This document shows positions 35,056 through 48,500 of a DNA stretch of 58,009 bases, piece after piece; within the stretch, counting starts at the first letter, position 1, and every line of letters begins with the position of its first letter. This DNA comes from Vairimorpha necatrix. Its lineage: Eukaryota. Under the pieces are notes generated by a model. That model saw nothing but the letters and a program-made list of their open reading frames with translations, did not search any database and had not been told where the DNA came from. Position numbers and translations under genes: made by a program. The stretch spans positions 1,302,001-1,360,009 of the forward strand of contig CP142729.1 of NCBI GenBank assembly GCA_036630325.1. Direction: 5' to 3'.

Positions 35056-36734
35056 TCCTATATTTTTAAAAATACTATATGTTCTGCAAATTTTCATTGT
35101 CATTCCAAACTTTCTTATCTCTTTTATGCACCAATCCAATCTTTGATTTATCATTGCCCCTCAACAAAAAAATTTTATTTAATATTTTAGGAGGGAAATT
35201 TAAAATAAACAAAAATTTAAAAGAGCGTAGATTTTGAATTTAAAGGATTAAATAGCAAAAATAAAACAAATTTTTGTCATAAATTAATTAAAAAATATAC
35301 AATCAAAAACTAAACAAAAATGTTAATTACTCTTTATTCAATGATCTTTATTTGAAATTTATTATTAATTTTTCTTTGTCTACAGAGTAACAACTCAATT
35401 AAAAAGATGACCAGATAATATTTTTTAAAATTTAATACGGCCTTTAAATTTTTTAAATTCTCTTGACATTTTGAAAAAATTCAAAATTTAATTAAATTTT
35501 TAATAAAAATCAATCGTAATGTCAAACTAAAATATTTTTTCAAAAATAATAGTTACAGTTGTAAAATTTTAAAAATTTAGGCATTCATCATTTCTAAACT
35601 ATATAATTATTGTGTACATATATATAATAATATTTTAAAATCTTATTTGCATTCTGCAGAAATCTAAACATTTCTGGAAGCATACATTCAGTCTAATGTG
35701 ATGAAGAAAACTATAGAGTATATCTCTTTGGACCGACGAACAAGATACGATAAAGATTATGCAGAAGAAGAAGAAGTGTTAGAGCTGTAAGCGCACTGGC
35801 GAATATGGCGACTGTTAAACAAGCGATGTCGGTATAAGAGAATGAGCTAAAAATTTGGAGTTGAAAAACATAAATAATTACACAGAAACTTAAGTCTATG
35901 TAGAGACGAATCTAGTGAGCGATACCGAGGAAAACTGTACTAATCTTACTTTAATGATAAATTAAGCTAATAAATCTTTTATATGTTGTCAACACATGAT
36001 ACAAACATTGAGGTACTTGTGAATGTAGTAACGACCATGCAACTTTCGTTTGATTGTGTGACCCAACTTGACATGCCATCCGAAGTGGTTGACATATTTT
36101 TGACATCTGTCCATGTGTTGTAGTAATGTACATCACAGTATCTAAGAAAAACAAAATCTCAATAAAGAATATTAGTTAAATCACATAAATATGTTATTAT
36201 TATTTTGTAGTCTGAATTATTAAAAGAATGTAGTTCATATATAGTTGTAGCAGATCAAATACAAATTAAACATATTCTTACAAATGACAGTTTTAACTTG
36301 TTGAAAAAATTATTTAAAAAAATTTACTTTAGAGGGTATGGAAAATAAGAATAACAAAATTGCCAGATAAAATAGAGAAATTGAAATACGATGCCAGTAA
36401 ATCTTAAAATGTGCGGTCACATATGAAACTATTTTGTATATAATATATGATATATACTCGTTTTTGTCTTGTAAAATGTATTTTATTTTTTAGTTACTAA
36501 GTATATATATATTAGAAAGGTATATTCGGATCAAAGAAAATCTTATATAATTTTATTTTATGTAAGAAAGCATAAAACTAACATTGTAAATTGTTCTATT
36601 ATTTGATTCATTCAGATTAATGATCTTTTAATCTGACTAATATGAAATGTTTTTTTTATGCATAGAAAGAAAACAAAAATAAAAGAAAGTTGTCTATAAT
36701 TGTTTTCTCAAAGTATAATAAAAAATTAAAATAA

Positions 36735-36805
36735 GTGTGCTTGGCAGAATGGTTGCACCTTGATTTGGGATATCGAAGGTCCAAAGTTCGATCCCCGGCG
36801 TGAAT
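36735..36805 (+). other. tRNA-derived Pol III element (pseudo-tRNA or SINE head)
   Basis: A-box TGGCAGAATGG (36742-36752) and B-box GTTCGATCC (36786-36794) at tRNA spacing. The acceptor and T stems do not pair well, so this is not a functional tRNA. Confidence 0.55.
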
Positions 36806-37425
36806 AAAATTAAAATTTATATTCTAAATATAAAGATATCTACTCGCGGACATATCGACGTCACTAAATATAATATTTTAAAATTGATAGGCTAAACAAA
36901 TATTATGAAAAGTATCCCTTGCAATGAATTGATTATTAATTTCTTAATATATTCACAATTCGAATTTTAATACATATAATTTGTCCTTCTGTGTTTCAAA
37001 ATACCATAGCTGTACATTATATAGGGATCTAAAAGCCAATTATGGCACTCTTGATGTAGAAATTTAAAAGAATGTTTGTTTTTATACAAACAAGATAAAG
37101 TATAAGATGGAGATCTGTTCATTTTTTTTCATTAATGACAAAGAAGTTTAATAAGTTTGCTTTTAGTGTTCTGTGTGAGAGAAAGACACATCTTAGATCT
37201 AGATGATTTATTTATATAATATCCGACACTAAATTAAAACGATAAATTTATACTGCGTTTTTAAAATCCCCATTTTAATATATTTATCGATTTAATGACG
37301 CGATTAGAGGCTTCTATATAAAAATATTCTTACCAAATCAAATCCCAATGGCTACGTCGGAGATAGTGCAGCGCAAGTATTTGGTAGATGTTAAGTGAGT
37401 AGAAATACCTATGATATCCTAAATA

Positions 37426-37611
37426 TCATACGATATGTTTACTAACATTTCCCTCCAAATTTGACATCTTTCCCTCCAAGTCCAATACTTTTCCCTCCGA
37501 TAAATATTTAAACGTTTTATCCATCCAGGGGTACGAGATGAATAAAGAACAGGAAACAAGAAGAATAACCAATACGGTAAACAAACAAATAAATATTAAT
37601 ATTCTTGACAT
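37426..37611 (-). CDS. Small putative membrane protein or remnant (N-terminal TM, three heptad [LS]EG[KN] repeats)
   Basis: MSRILIFICLFTVLVILLVSCSLF hydrophobic helix, followed by a 21-nt repeat unit encoding SEGKVLD/LEGKMSN/LEGNVS. Confidence 0.3.
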   Translation of the reverse strand: MSRILIFICLFTVLVILLVSCSLFISYPWMDKTFKYLSEGKVLDLEGKMSNLEGNVSKHIV

Positions 37612-40600
37612 GTTCTTAAGTGGTGGATACCACAATACCCCATATCAATTGGATTGTTAACTCAATTTCTTTTGAGTTCATGTATAATATTTCATCTTTC
37701 CTTCTACTCGCCAAGAATATGAAATTTTAAATTAAATATAGGCTATAAGTCAAAATTTTGTTTTTTGGATTTCCAAATTTTTAATTTTTCAAGGATGACA
37801 AGTATATATATTCAAACACCAAGAATAAGAATAAAATCATGAAAAAAAATTATCTAAAACGACATAATTTTGATTTTCTTTCTTTATTGATGAAAAGAAC
37901 ATATACACATTTATAAAAAATAAGAAGTTGTTAAAAATCATGAAAAAATATTGTCTAAATTGCAATAATTTCTATTTAAGAGTTTTGAAATTTTCATTTT
38001 TAAAATGAGGAAAATTCTATATACATACATATATATATATATATACATAAGACAGAAAAAAAAATTATGAAAAAAAAATTAGTCTAAAATGCAATAATTT
38101 CTAATTTTAGAGTTTTAAATTTTAGATTTTTCAAAGATGACAAGTATATATACAAATGTAAAAAGAAAGAGAAGAAAATCATGATAATTAACTGAGGAAA
38201 ATAATCACCCCCAAATAATATATTCCAAACAAACTTAGCTATATCATGAAGGCTTAAAAGTAATTATTTTTGACATTTTAAACACCCAATTAATTATTAT
38301 AAAGAGACGTATTTGTATTTGTATATATATTAAGAAGAGATAATAATATCAACAAGACGAAAATAATCTATTTTTAAAATTCAGAATAAACAGTATTGTA
38401 AGTACCAAACTTAAAAGTAGATTTAATATTTTTTGCGATTGAAAAATTATAATTATATCTATCGCTTGCAAACAAAGTAAAGTTAGTATGTATAATAGAG
38501 AAACAATAAAAATTAGTTAATCGTTTATTCAACAAACACTGTTAAATACATTGTTATATAAATATTTATCTATATAATCGAACTTAGATGATCTAAGAAA
38601 TTTGTATTTCGAACAGATTTCACATCAATACTTTTAAATTGAATAATCTATGTGTGACGAGTCATTTGCATACTTAGACGTGCCCTTCCCTGAGTATTAG
38701 CCATTATTGACTGGCACATAGATAGACTAAAGAAATCATTGACTTTAGATGGCAAAATATGCAGGTATATATCTGTAATGTTGACATATAAAGATTTATA
38801 TAACAAATGTTTCTTGTGTTTTAAATATCTCCAATTAGTCATTAGCATTTTACTTAAACAAGAAACTTTTAGTGAAAGACTAAGAAAAATTAAACATTAA
38901 GGATCGAAAAGCGCAGAAAAAATGAACACATTAAAGAAAACAACAATATTCCTTCTTTAGGGCATAAATCAACCTCGAAGTCTATATATAAAATAAAATA
39001 AAAATTAAATGATACTAGAAATTCAAAATGCAAACAAAATTTATAAATTTTTACTAAGATACGTGTAGATATAATAAACATGGCAAGTGTTTAATATAAA
39101 TATACACAAATATACTAAGAAATAAAAATCATATTAATAAGTTTGAGTTAATTGCAACAATCAGATGTATCTATGTATAAAAGAATGAAATACCCCAGAA
39201 TCAATTGAATCAAATATTTTATTCGTACAGACTAAACATAATGAACATTAACAGTTTTATTTATTTCTAATTAGAAATTATGTTTGTTTCTGAGTTATGA
39301 ACAATATTAATTAATTAATAAAAAAAAATATTTCATATGTAAAAAGAGTAAACAAATTATATTAAAGAACCCAATCGATGGAAATTAAGTATTGTAAACA
39401 ATCAAACTATTGTTCTCTTTGGCAAGATAATAGTAAAACCCAAAAACAAAATTAGAGACAAATTAAAAAATAAAATTCACGTATCTTATATATTCTAAAA
39501 ATATAATGTCAGTAAAAAGACATAATTATTAATATTTTTAGGACTGATTATAGAGATTTTGACCTACGATAAAAAAATAGAAGAGAAATAATCAGTTATG
39601 TAAGATAGTAAATAAACAAAAGTTGAAAAATAAAGGAAATATAGAGTGGAAATAACGAGATTATAATTGTTTGTGATTTTGATTGAAAATAAAACCATTT
39701 TTTAAAACATATATACAATAGAGTAATAGAAATCCGCAATTTAATATTTGATATGTTTAGATTTCATTACGTTAACATTTTATTGTAAAATTATATAATC
39801 TTGACAATGAAAAAATTATATTTTGGGATACTATATTTTTTGAATATTCCAGAGATAAAAGTATTTTTCATAAGATGGGGTGAATGATCATTTAAATTTA
39901 ACATATCTATATAACAAGTAAATTGGTATATTTTGCATTACACCCCCTAATAGATATACTTTCTGTTTGCAAATAATAAAACCATTAGAATCATACATAA
40001 TTCAAACAGGAAAGAGGACGTTGTATATAATAGAAAAGAAAACAAAAAAATAGATTTCAGATCTAACAATAGTTATAAAACTGTACACTAAATCAAATTT
40101 ATTGCTCACATTAGATATTATACCATGGATTTAATAATTGAGGCATAAATTTTGACTGAACCTTCCTAAGATTAATTTGGTTGTAAATTAAATATTCTAA
40201 ATAAATGCACATATTTCATTCTGTTCCATAAAAAAAGGAAAAAGACATTATATTTACATTATAAGTTACTTTAAAAATATTTTGACACAAAATAAATTAT
40301 CCAGAAAAAAACCAATTAACTCGTTTCGCCCTTATTTATAATTTCTAAATAAAATTCCATACACTAATTTTTTTTGGCAGAAAAACAAATCCCTAGATGA
40401 AAGATTATCGAAATGTCGTTTCTTACAAAAACAATTGGATAATAAGTTCAAGCCATTTATAATATTAAGGGCGAAAATATATATATATATATGCGAGAAA
40501 TTAATATTTACAAAATAAAAGATCAATTTCTTTGAAAAAACAGTCTAATATTTATTTTAGATGATTCAATAGCTTATTTCCTCGTGTAAAAGACAAGGTT

Positions 40601-43585
40601 TATTATATCATTTTTAAAATAGTAATACTGTCATTATTATTTGTTTGTTCCGTAAATCCGAACCAAATCTTCTATCGTATAACAAAACACAAGTTTAATG
40701 TATGATAATATTTAAGAATCTCGTGTTATTAAAGTATTACTGATTCTTTAATAGAGATGTATTCTTTTAATAAATATCATTGAAGATAAAATCTAGACCT
40801 TAAGTAAATATGAAAATTACCTTATAAAACCTAGATGAAATACGCTTAATACGTACAATTTATGTCGAATTAATAAAATCAACTTGTATTAAGTTTAGAA
40901 TATAATGTTAAGCCGCATATTTAATGTATCTGTGTAAATTCAAAAATGGGATAAATTCTTACGTAAAAAATAAATTATATAAAATATAATAATTTGAAGT
41001 ATTTATATTTTTTAATTATTATTTGAAAATGACAAGAAACGTATCGACAATATAAATATAATACAAGGATCAAAATGATACAAATCTAACACACTCTTTA
41101 AAAATCAAAAACAACTTGCATTATAGACATAAAACTATGTATGTAGAAATATTTAAAAAACCAATTTGAATATAAAACTTGCATCAGCAATATATATAGA
41201 GTAGATAAAAAAATATTATGTTCAAAACTAAGTAACAAATCATTTTCTGATATAATTTTATAATAAATAGTGTAATATAAGGAAAATTCTCATATAGAGT
41301 ATTAATAAACTGAAACTGAATGTTCTATATATAAATTAGAGTTGGGTTTTTCATAAAAAATGATAAGTAATATTGTATAAAGTAGCTTTTAATAACTATT
41401 TTTAAATTATATTTTTGTAGTGGACACTGAATATGTAGAACATTTTGAAAATATTTATGAGATATAAAATGATATCCAGTCCTTTATCTTTAAGATTAAC
41501 GTCGCTAGAAAAAACATTGTAACCAAGCTTTTTCCATAATGACTATTAAGATTTACTTTTTTTTGAAAAAACTTTTTTGTTCCCCGCACGAAGAAGTTTA
41601 TTTGGAAATCATTAAAAAATTTTATATAACAATGAGCTTTAAAAAATACAAAAATAGAACTTTTTTATTAATAAACAACATCACCTACAACTAGAGATAA
41701 AATTGATGTTTACATCGACCATGTTTAAAAAAAAGGCAAGTTTTTTTTAAAAAAAAACATTACTGATGCAGTGTTTAATGGAATTTGTAAATGGTGAATT
41801 AACGACTAGAAGAATTTATCTGGAAGCATCTTCTTTTCTTTTATACGATTCTATATCTCCATTTTCCAAAAATCGAATAATGGTGGTCAAAGAAGTTCGT
41901 AGAAAGCAGGATCGAATTTTAGTAATGTTAGAAGTCGCGTAAAAGATTCATGTAATGATAGGTGTTATTCGTGTTAGTAAATTATGTACATAGTTTTGCA
42001 ATTTAGAAATTATTTTAATCTTAGTTTCTTATCAGCAGTGAATCTTGACGATGTAATATAAAGATAGATAAAAACATATGTTCTGAAACGAAAAAATTGT
42101 ATAATATGTACTTTCTGTAATTTGTATAAAAATTCAAATCAGTATTTATCAATAAACTCTATACACGAAACGTATGAGAATAAATTCATTGTTCATAAAA
42201 TTCTAAATAATGGTTTTTCTTATCTTACATGGAAAAAAATAAAAATTTGGAAGAGAGTAATATTATGAGAAAAGTAGAGAATGTCTGAAAAATATCTGAT
42301 GAATGATCATTAACATTTAAGAAAAATTTATAACAATCGAAATGCGAAAGTATTAGATAAGAAAATTAGCATATAATAATATTTGAAAGTATGTGCATAC
42401 GGTAATTGATTGAAATTACACATCTGTCCTATAAATTATATATTGACACTGATTCAGACAAAGCTTCTATATCAGCTTTGAAGGTCTTTATTAGTTATCT
42501 TACAATTCTAGATAATATATTAGTAAAATATAGATACCAAATTATCATATAAACTGTTTACAGTTATAATTAAGATGAATCAGTAGAACAAAATATATCA
42601 AATGTAAAGTTATAAATAATTAGAACATTATATAAATACCAAATTAAAGACTGTCATTCTTTTATAATGAATAATTTTAATGGGTTTAATAAATACAAAT
42701 ATCATAAACACGTATATATGATATAAAATTCTTAATAAATTAGAATGATTATTATATATATATATATCAGTAAAAATCTAGAATTTAGTATAAAAATATA
42801 TTTAGAAAAAACATGTTGGTCATTTAACATAAGATGTCTATAAATTTTGTTGTTGGTAATGAATTTTGCTTTTTTAGAGATAAAGATAATTAAAACAACG
42901 AATTATAATACAATAAATAATAATGAAGGAATTAATCATCAGATCAAGGCTTATTGAATTCTGATATTTTTTTTCGATGCTAGGTTTATATTAATCTTGT
43001 CTATTATATGTAATGAAACTAATCTTTTTGTAATATTTAAAATTATATAATTTGGGATCTGTAATTATCTTCATTTGAGGATAAAAACTTTAAAACATAA
43101 TATGGTTAAACAAAAATGATATATTAAAATTTAAATAAGATATTTATAGAGATAATTTAGAAGATATATATACATTTGAATTAAAATATAATATAATATT
43201 AATATTGTTGTGTTATATAATATAAAAAATAGGTTAAACTATCAAATACTCTAAGAAAGTAGAAGCGTACATCAAGATGATTAACAGAGAAGACAAACAA
43301 AAACATTCCAATATACTACAAAAGAGGTGTGAAGGTTCCGATTTAAAAAAGACTAAGTGCCGATAAGCTGCTTACAAACAGGAGACGCAAACGCGGAACC
43401 TATTCAGAATATACTATAATATAAAACACCATTAGCATTTTCCGTTATAATTCATTTTTATTAGAAAAATAATAGTAATTATGTTGTATATATTTGTAAA
43501 GATTGTTTTTATATATATATTATAACAATGGTATTTATTATGTTATTTTCTGAAATAAACTATTTTTTTATATTAAATATGAATT

Positions 43586-45561
43586 TGTGGTATTATTTAC
43601 CACATTATTATATTTTCCCTCAAAATGAATTGTCTAAAATTTATTTTTCTATAAATATTTTCTTTTTATTTTTACCCCCACCAAAATATGTCAAGAAGAA
43701 CAGAGGAGTCTAGAAATCATCAGTATCAATCACTGCATCCCCAGAAGAGGGAAGACAAAGCCCAAGGAGGCAGATTTTATACTACAAATTTAATTATAAT
43801 AAAACTTTATTACCCGGGAGAAGCATTATAGAATGCTATCTGAGGAACGCCCAACTCCCGGGTAATACCTCAATGAGCTGATTAGTATTAGAAAAAAGTA
43901 ATAATACTGAGAAACAAAATGATGATGAAGCATATACCACATTTGATAAAACCATAGAAGGAACTACAATAGTGGTTAAAGAAAAAATTGAAAAATGTAA
44001 AACGAGACTGCACCATAAAGCATCTCGAGCTGTTTGAAGAGCTAGGAACGGCCAATAAATGGACTGATGAGCAGATGGGACTCATCTACCATTCTTTGAT
44101 TGAAGATTCTAAGGTGAAAGATAAGCTAAATAAGAAAATCTTTAAAAAACAAAAAAAAAGAACTACTAGAATTTAGATACCCAAAAAATGATGTAGCTTT
44201 ATTATTAACAGAGATGGAAACTGTAAAACAGGTAAATTATAGAAGTATAGCAGATTACTATGAGAAAATAGAGTCGATGATTGAAATATACGGACTATCT
44301 ATGAACCAATCGAAAAAGGAATCTGATGTTAGATTGAAACAGATTTTTGAGAGAGGATTAGGCAGATCAACTGCCATTGAAGTTTTAAAATCAGGAATGA
44401 AAAACAAGGGAATGGACGAGCTATTAAAATATTCACAAGATCTGGAAGAAATGATTATTTTACAGGCGAAACTGAAAGGGACACGAATATCTCAATTTAT
44501 ATCTAAGAAAGAGAATTATGAAAGACCTGAAGAAACAGGAAGATACTTTAAAAGTGATAAGTGGTGCTCTATACATCGAGCAAGATCACATGATACACGA
44601 GATTGTCGTCTACAAAAACCAAAAGCCAACGATAGAGAAATAAAAAAAGAAGGAAAATCGTTAATGATAAAAAAAATTCCTAACGATGAATTGGATGAAA
44701 AAATAAAAAAACCGACTGCCTATTAATTCAGAAACAAAAAGAAAATAAAATCATCAATAAACAGAAATGTATAAATGAAAGAATAAATAATATAGATAAT
44801 TGTATTAAAAGGAATTTGAATAAAAAATAGACAATCTTCTAGCTAAAGTCTTAACTAATATAGTTGACTTTGTGAAAAGGACAGGGAATACGATACCATC
44901 AGATGATATATATTCAAAAATATTAAAATAAATAACAAAGGAAGAAGCAAGCCTCCTGATAAAATTAAAGATAACCATCAACAGGTAAAAGATTTGGCAA
45001 CATCTAAATATGATAGTTATCAGAATAAAAAAAAAATCTTGGAACTTTCAGAAAACATTGCCTCAAAAATAAAATGCAGCAGATGCAATTTAGCATATGT
45101 AGATATGGAGTAAAGGGCGAATTTGAGAAGCTCAAATGTGATAAGTTAAACTCATACCTTGATTTGAGGTTTAGAATATCCAACCCAGCTATTACTAGGA
45201 AACGGCGAAAAGAACTATTTGATGATTTCGGAGGAATCCGTATTCTAATTTGCTGATTTTTTGCAGGAGGTAGTATGTGGTATTATTTGCCACATTATTA
45301 TATTTTCCCTCCAAATGAATTTTTAGAATTTATTTTTCTATAAATATTTTCTTTTTATTTTTACCCCCACCAAAATATGTCAATAAGAACAGAGGAGTCT
45401 AGAAATAAGCAGTATCAATCAATGCATCCTTAGAAGAGGAAAGATAAAGCCCAAGGAGGCAGATTTAATAATACAACTTGCATTATAATAAAACTTTAAT
45501 ACCCGGGAGAAGCATTATAGAATGCTATCTGAGGAATGGCCAACTCCCGGGTAATACCTAA
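43586..45561 (+). mobile_element. Internally deleted LTR retrotransposon (Ty3/Gypsy-type gag, most of pol lost) with TGTGGTAT-family LTRs
   Basis: Direct repeats 43586-43872 (TGTGG...CCTCA) and 45276-45561, a purine-rich GCAGGAGGTAG just before the 3' LTR, and internal gag remnants. The flanks GAATT/AAATA are only a partial TSD match. Confidence 0.85.
43873..44726 (+). pseudogene. gag pseudogene
   Basis: An ATG lies immediately after the LTR. Fragments HLELFEELGTANKWTDEQ and KQIFERGLG, and a Cx2Hx4Hx4C knuckle WCSIHRARSHDTRDC. Confidence 0.7.
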
Positions 45562-48500
45562 AAATAAACATAAAAACAAGAAATAAATATATGACAAATT
45601 AATAATTTTTTTTTCTTTAGGGAGTATCTACACATCTTATATCCGGCATGAAGCCTGATCCGAAGTTGAAGTGATGAGTCTAAATTTACATATTGATTTA
45701 TATTATTTGTTTGTTTTGCTGCTCATCGGAATTGTAGGTCAGGGGTAAATTCCGTTTAAATAGTCAATCAGATTAACTGTCAAACTCTTTGAGATGTAAT
45801 CAAACAAACATGAAACCGAAGTTCTACTGAATTAGTAGTACTTCATGTGACATGCACTTGTCTTACTTTTAGTTTGTGAATGTCAAACATGTCTAATGTT
45901 TATTTACAATACTCTTAGACGTTTGACAGTACCAATAATCATTGTATAATTATAAACAAGATTCGTCAGTGCAGGTCTGCAGCCTCACACATCTGAAGAA
46001 AATATTAATATTGTTATTTTGAAAATTATTTCTTGCACAATTTAGTACATTTTTTTAGAGGTTGCCAACGTATGTATCTGTATAATTAATATTTTAAGAA
46101 ATTTAGATTTATTTGTCTTTTCATATGAGTACGTAAGTATATAATTTGCTGTATATAAAATAATTATGAAACGCATTATGTGCAGAATCGACATAAAAAT
46201 AAAAAATTGTAGTAAAGTTAAACATATTAATTCGGCTTTGGACAAATACGTTAATTAAACGCAATATTTACTTCTTTTTGCAAGGTAAAAACATATTTTT
46301 CAAAACAAGTAAATTAGATTCTTTCAAAAAGAAATTAAAACACAATCATTGAGTGATTTAATTACAAGAAATGTCTGACACTATATAACAATCATTTAAG
46401 ACATATAATTTAGTCTAACAATATATTTGTTGAAAGAATTAGGACATATTTATATACAAGAAATAAGATTATAAATCTATTTAAAATAATTTATGTATAT
46501 GCATTAAAGCATTTAAATTAATGTTAAATATACCAAAACTTGATAAACTAAATACAAAGGTTTTATGGAAGTGTGTAATAACGATTACATCATAAGGACA
46601 GTTTTCAAAGTTTACTCTGTCAAATATTCACCAACAACGTTCCAACACATCAATAATACAACAAAAAATGAAAAATTTACAATATGTGTTTATCCATGCA
46701 AAATAATTAACCTTTAACTTACGTGGCTAAAAAATGATTACAATAAAAATAAAATTTAAAAAAAAAGTTTGTGTATGAAGGGCAAGGAATATCTATGAAG
46801 CAAGTACATAATCATAAAGTTATTAATAGTAAAATATTTTTAGTCTTCAAAGTTTTATCTATGAAGAACAGAGAAATAAAGAAAAAATAAGAAGGAGCAT
46901 ATTGGTTATAAGAAAAAATATTTTTAAAACGAACTCTACAATCTATCTAAATTTACAACGTAGGTAATAACAAGATAATTTAAATTTGATCTTTCGCTTT
47001 TTCATTTGGTATAAATACGAAAGCAAACAAATAAAATTTCTTTTACGATCAATATAGCACTGTTTTAGAAGTGATACAAATAATATTCATTTATTATAAC
47101 TAGATAGTAAAGGTATTATAAAGAAAAGATATACATATGATTCATACATATTGCTTTGCAAGATAAATACATAAGAATTCAAAATAAAGATATACGATCA
47201 AGATATTATATGAAATATAATTTTCTTTTATATATAAAACCTACGCCAAGATAAACAAAAATAAATCATAATATTGCATATAGTATTATTTAGGTACACT
47301 TAACACATGCAATGAAGTTTTTTTAATTATCTAGAACATATCAGACGATTTTTTAAATAAAAATTATACTAAAAAATCAACTATATTATATTTATATATG
47401 ACCAATATGTACACGTTATTAAGTATAATAATTACTAATGGTAAAAAAACGAAAACAAATATTATATAAAAATTTTAAACGAATTAAGATTGACCTCGTA
47501 TATTACATTTTTTTGGTTTATAGAATTCTAAAGAAGTTTCAATTATAAAACATTGTAGACTTTTGAAATCGAAGTTGGTAAAAAACAATTGTCACAAATA
47601 TTAATTTGTTGTTTACAATCATATTGACCACACAAAATTAGAAATTATGACCAAAAAATTCTAAAAAGTAAAATCATTAATGTTTTTATCATATTTATAA
47701 AAATATATTATTTTATTATTAATTGAAATAAAAAAATAAAACAATTCAAATATCTATCGGTTAAATATTTAAGAATTGCTCTTTTGTTATATATAATACC
47801 TTCTAAATCCGTAAAGTATAATATTTTTATATAATATTTAGATTAAAATTTACGTATGAAGATCGAAATATTATAAAAAAGTTCATTTACGAAAGAAAAA
47901 AAAATTTAAAATTCAATCAACAATTATCGTAAAATTATATAATCATTAGAAAATCATTTATTTAATTATAATTAGAAGAATTGATGAAAATTATTTAAAT
48001 TAACAATATAAAATAAAACCTATTCATTTTAAAATCGTTCAGCAACAGTAAAAAGAATTTTACTTAGAAACGACATTTATGTAATTGATTTTAAAAATCC
48101 TAGGGAACCACTACTTAAATATATTTTCCATATTTTTATATAATAAGAAATAATAAGTAAATTTTCAATTATGAATAATTAAATAAAACAATCGCACATA
48201 CAATTTAATATAAGGTTGCTGTAAAATGGGTTCGAGATTTTGAAAAAGGCGTCGCATATCTCAAAAAAATAAAACAAAAATATTGAGGGGAGTAGAATAG
48301 AAATGCATATAAATCCAATACATTTAATAACAATAAAAAAATTAATTATGAAATGCTATATTTATTAAAAAATCTTTTATGCCATAGTTACACGCTAACG
48401 GAATATAATTTTCAATATTTATATATTTAAGCAGAAAATAATTTAAAGTAAGGTAAAGAGTAATAACATAATATAAAATGATTAACACTTGCTTAATTTA

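Noticed and set aside
36735-36805. Functional tRNA-Pro(TGG)
   Set aside because: The acceptor, anticodon and T stems do not pair; kept only as a pseudo-tRNA or SINE head.
43808-43867. Hammerhead ribozyme suggested by CTGAGGA (CUGANGA) inside the LTR stem-loop
   Set aside because: There is no GAAA, no room for stem I, and the heptamer is not conserved in the 5155 or 31760 copies.
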